The translations under genes were made by a program, and so were the position numbers. Shown in pieces: positions 61,739-64,000 of a stretch of 64,000 bases of DNA. The stretch's first letter is position 1; each line of letters opens with the position of its first letter. Origin of the DNA: Gracilinanus agilis (lineage: Eukaryota); assembly GCF_016433145.1 (NCBI RefSeq), contig NC_058132.1:154457702-154521701 (forward strand). Reading direction: 5' to 3'. Under the pieces are notes generated by a model. The model was not told the origin of the DNA. It was given only the letters and a program-made list of their open reading frames with translations, and did not search any database.

Positions 61739-62093
61739 TGGGCATGGACCATCCTTTTAGTATATCCATAGTAAGGTAGCCACCCTAGCCTCTGGCTATG
61801 GTTTCTTTCCCAAGTCTTTCAGCTAGTTTGGACTCTCCCATTTCCTGGTATCCATGATGATGTCAATCAATCACATTTCCCTGTCCCTCGGTTTCCCAAA
61901 AGGTATATAAGTTCTCCCAATTCTTTTGTTCCTTGGAGTTTTCAATCTAGCACTGTTGGCTCTCCCAGAGGTCAGTGACCAGAGCAACCATCATCTTGGG
62001 ACTCTGCATGAAGTCCTTGAAAGCACTCAACCTATTTACTATAATTAAAGAGTGATTTTTCTGACTTTTTAATATTTCTGTGTAATTTTTACA
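61739..62093 (+). mobile_element. Probable solo LTR
   Basis: TG...CA bounded, with TATA-like ggtatataag (about 61902) and polyA-like attaaa (about 62044). No clear TSD. Confidence 0.4.
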
Positions 62094-62104
62094 GGTATAT
62101 ATAG

Positions 62105-62385
62105 CAGTTTTATTTCTTGCTTTGCTGATCACTAGCTGTGTGACCTTGAGTAAGTCACTTGACACATAAAATGCAATTTTTTTCATCTAAAAAATGAGAC
62201 AAGTTGTACTAGATTATCCCTAAGAACATAGCTTCAAGGTTCCTTGATTTCTAATAAAATGTCAGCTATTTGAGGACAGAGACTGTTTTGTTGTTGTTGT
62301 TGTTGTCCATTTTTGTATCTCCAGTGCCTAAAACGGTATCTGGCCCAGAGGAAATATTTGACAAATGTTTGGTGAATTGATTTTG
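62105..62385 (+). mobile_element. MIR fragment followed by L2 3' end
   Basis: ctagctgtgtgaccttgagtaagtcactt core; gaggacagagactg...ccagtgcctaaaacggtatctggc...aaatgtttggtgaattga. Confidence 0.65.
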
Positions 62386-63654
62386 GCGAAAGACTATCCC
62401 TTAGTCTCTTTTTGGAAATTTCCAGTGAGAGTTGTTGGCTTGTTCAGGGCTCAGCTGATTTGAGTATCTCTTCCTTGCACTCTATCCTACCTCCAGTTAC
62501 AAATTCTCTCTTTTCCATGATTATAATATTATTTATTTTAAATAAATAACGGTTATCATTTGTTCTAATCATGTGTATCTAGAAATCTCAGGCGGAACAG
62601 CAGAGTCCATGCCAAGGGCATTGGTTCCGCTCCTTCCTCCAAGAAGATGTGCTGCCCATAATGTTACTTCATTCTCTCTGCTCCCACCCAGTACCATGTC
62701 ATTGATGTTGTTGGAACCACCTGCAAATAATGAAATCAGATGCTTCTCAGCTGTCTGCCTAGATTTCTGCATGTCACCCTAACAAAATGTTGATGTTTCA
62801 TTTACAAGGACTCTTAAGGATGGCTCTTACCACTTCTTGGTGCCTGAAGGCTCCGAGCTCCATTCTGATTTCATGGCCCTTCACTCTCTTGATCTCTAAT
62901 ACTTCACTAGTGTCTCCTCTCTGCTCCCTCTTCTGCAGGTCACTAGCCTTGCAGGGTAGCTTGCAGCTGAATGCCTCATTACCCAGGGCAAATCTGTCAG
63001 AGAGGAGCTGATGCCTGCGCAGTGTAATGAATCCTTCAATTGGCTGGGAATGAATGCATTAATCTGGGGCTATTAGAGTCTTTTATCAGGCTGCCTAAAA
63101 TATACTGCCTTACCCGGGGAACATTGAACAGTCAGCTCACCCTAAAGGGATGTGTGGGAGGGGATCTCTATATTGGTGCGAACTAAAACAGAACATACAA
63201 GAGGGAAATGAACTCAGAGAAGACCATGCAGTTAGAGGGTCAGTGAATGTTGTGGTAGATTTTTTCTTTGGTCTTTTGAGAGGAACCTCAAATAAAATAT
63301 TTACCTGAATACTATTTGAGCTAAGTCCTTCCCAAAGAGAGTTCAAGAGGAAAAAAACTCCCAGACATGGCTCTTAAAAACAATTCTCCCTGAGGAATGG
63401 ATTGAGGTTTGACTTTCAGGACTGAAGAAGGACAAGAGAGCTGACAGAACTATATAATTTGGTCTCTATCCTTGTCTCCTCTTGCAAGGATACTATTTTT
63501 CCAGAGGTGAAGCCAAAAATCCATAATGTACCTACCCCAACAGTATATTTCCCAAAAATAGTGATCTTCAACCCTATATCTCTTACTTTTCATTAAAAAG
63601 GTTTGTGGATCCTACAAGATAATTGTATATCTAAATGAGAAACATTATGTAGTA

Positions 63655-63940
63655 AAAAAAAATAGTGCTGGGGCTTGAGGGAGTCCCTTTATATCTATGA
63701 TCCTCAGTTTGCCCCTCTAAAAATGTTTGTCCTTCTACCTCAAAGAATAATTGTGAAAATCAAACGAGATAACTGATGCAAAACTAAATCAAAGACTATT
63801 ATACAAGCATGACTAGAATCAGAATTCTACAGCTGGAAGTGATCATAGAAATCAACATAATTAACCCCACTTGTTTTATAGATGAATAGACTTAAGGTTC
63901 ATAATGGCCAAAGGACTTGCTCAAGGCCTTTAAAGGAGCC
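63655..63940. mobile_element. Two MIR-type fragments in opposite orientation
   Basis: cctcagtttgcccctctaaaaatg...ttgtgaaaatcaaacgagataa (plus strand); ttttatagatgaatagacttaagg...gacttgctcaagg (minus strand). Confidence 0.55.
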
Positions 63941-64000
63941 AATGACAGTTACAGTAAATGGTCAAGCATATAGGTGTGGCTAATTCAAAGGAAAGCAGAT

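Larger units (their letters stand above)
35326..64000 (-). other. NTM: NTM intron upstream of the Ig2 exon (continues beyond window end)
   Basis: No preceding Ig1 exon (...[25 protein letters not shown]-like) was recognised in the window. Confidence 0.8.

Overview
This is vertebrate, almost certainly marsupial, genomic DNA. Young opossum-type tRNA/CORE-SINEs, Mar1-like SINEs, marsupial L1 ends and N-gapped scaffolding point to a Monodelphis domestica-type assembly (inference). The only coding sequence I can support is one 126-bp exon on the minus strand (35200-35325). It encodes the first half of Ig domain 2 of neurotrimin (NTM, IgLON family): (V)[41 protein letters not shown]. The rest is the two very large flanking introns. 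These are filled with SINEs, decayed L1/L2/CR1/RTE LINEs, hAT and Tigger DNA transposon relics, probable solo LTRs, microsatellites and several repeat-free, motif-rich stretches that may be conserved non-coding elements. I found no CRISPR array, RNA gene, operon or new protein-coding system. The most unusual structure is at 60914-61735, where two different hAT MITEs sit in tandem at the same 8-bp target site (three copies of ccctagac) inside a third, older hAT element. Other points of note are a cluster of very young nested SINEs at 42-45 kb and two gap-spanning duplications that are probably assembly artefacts. Repeat family names come from recalled consensus sequences, and most repeat boundaries are approximate unless TSDs are quoted.
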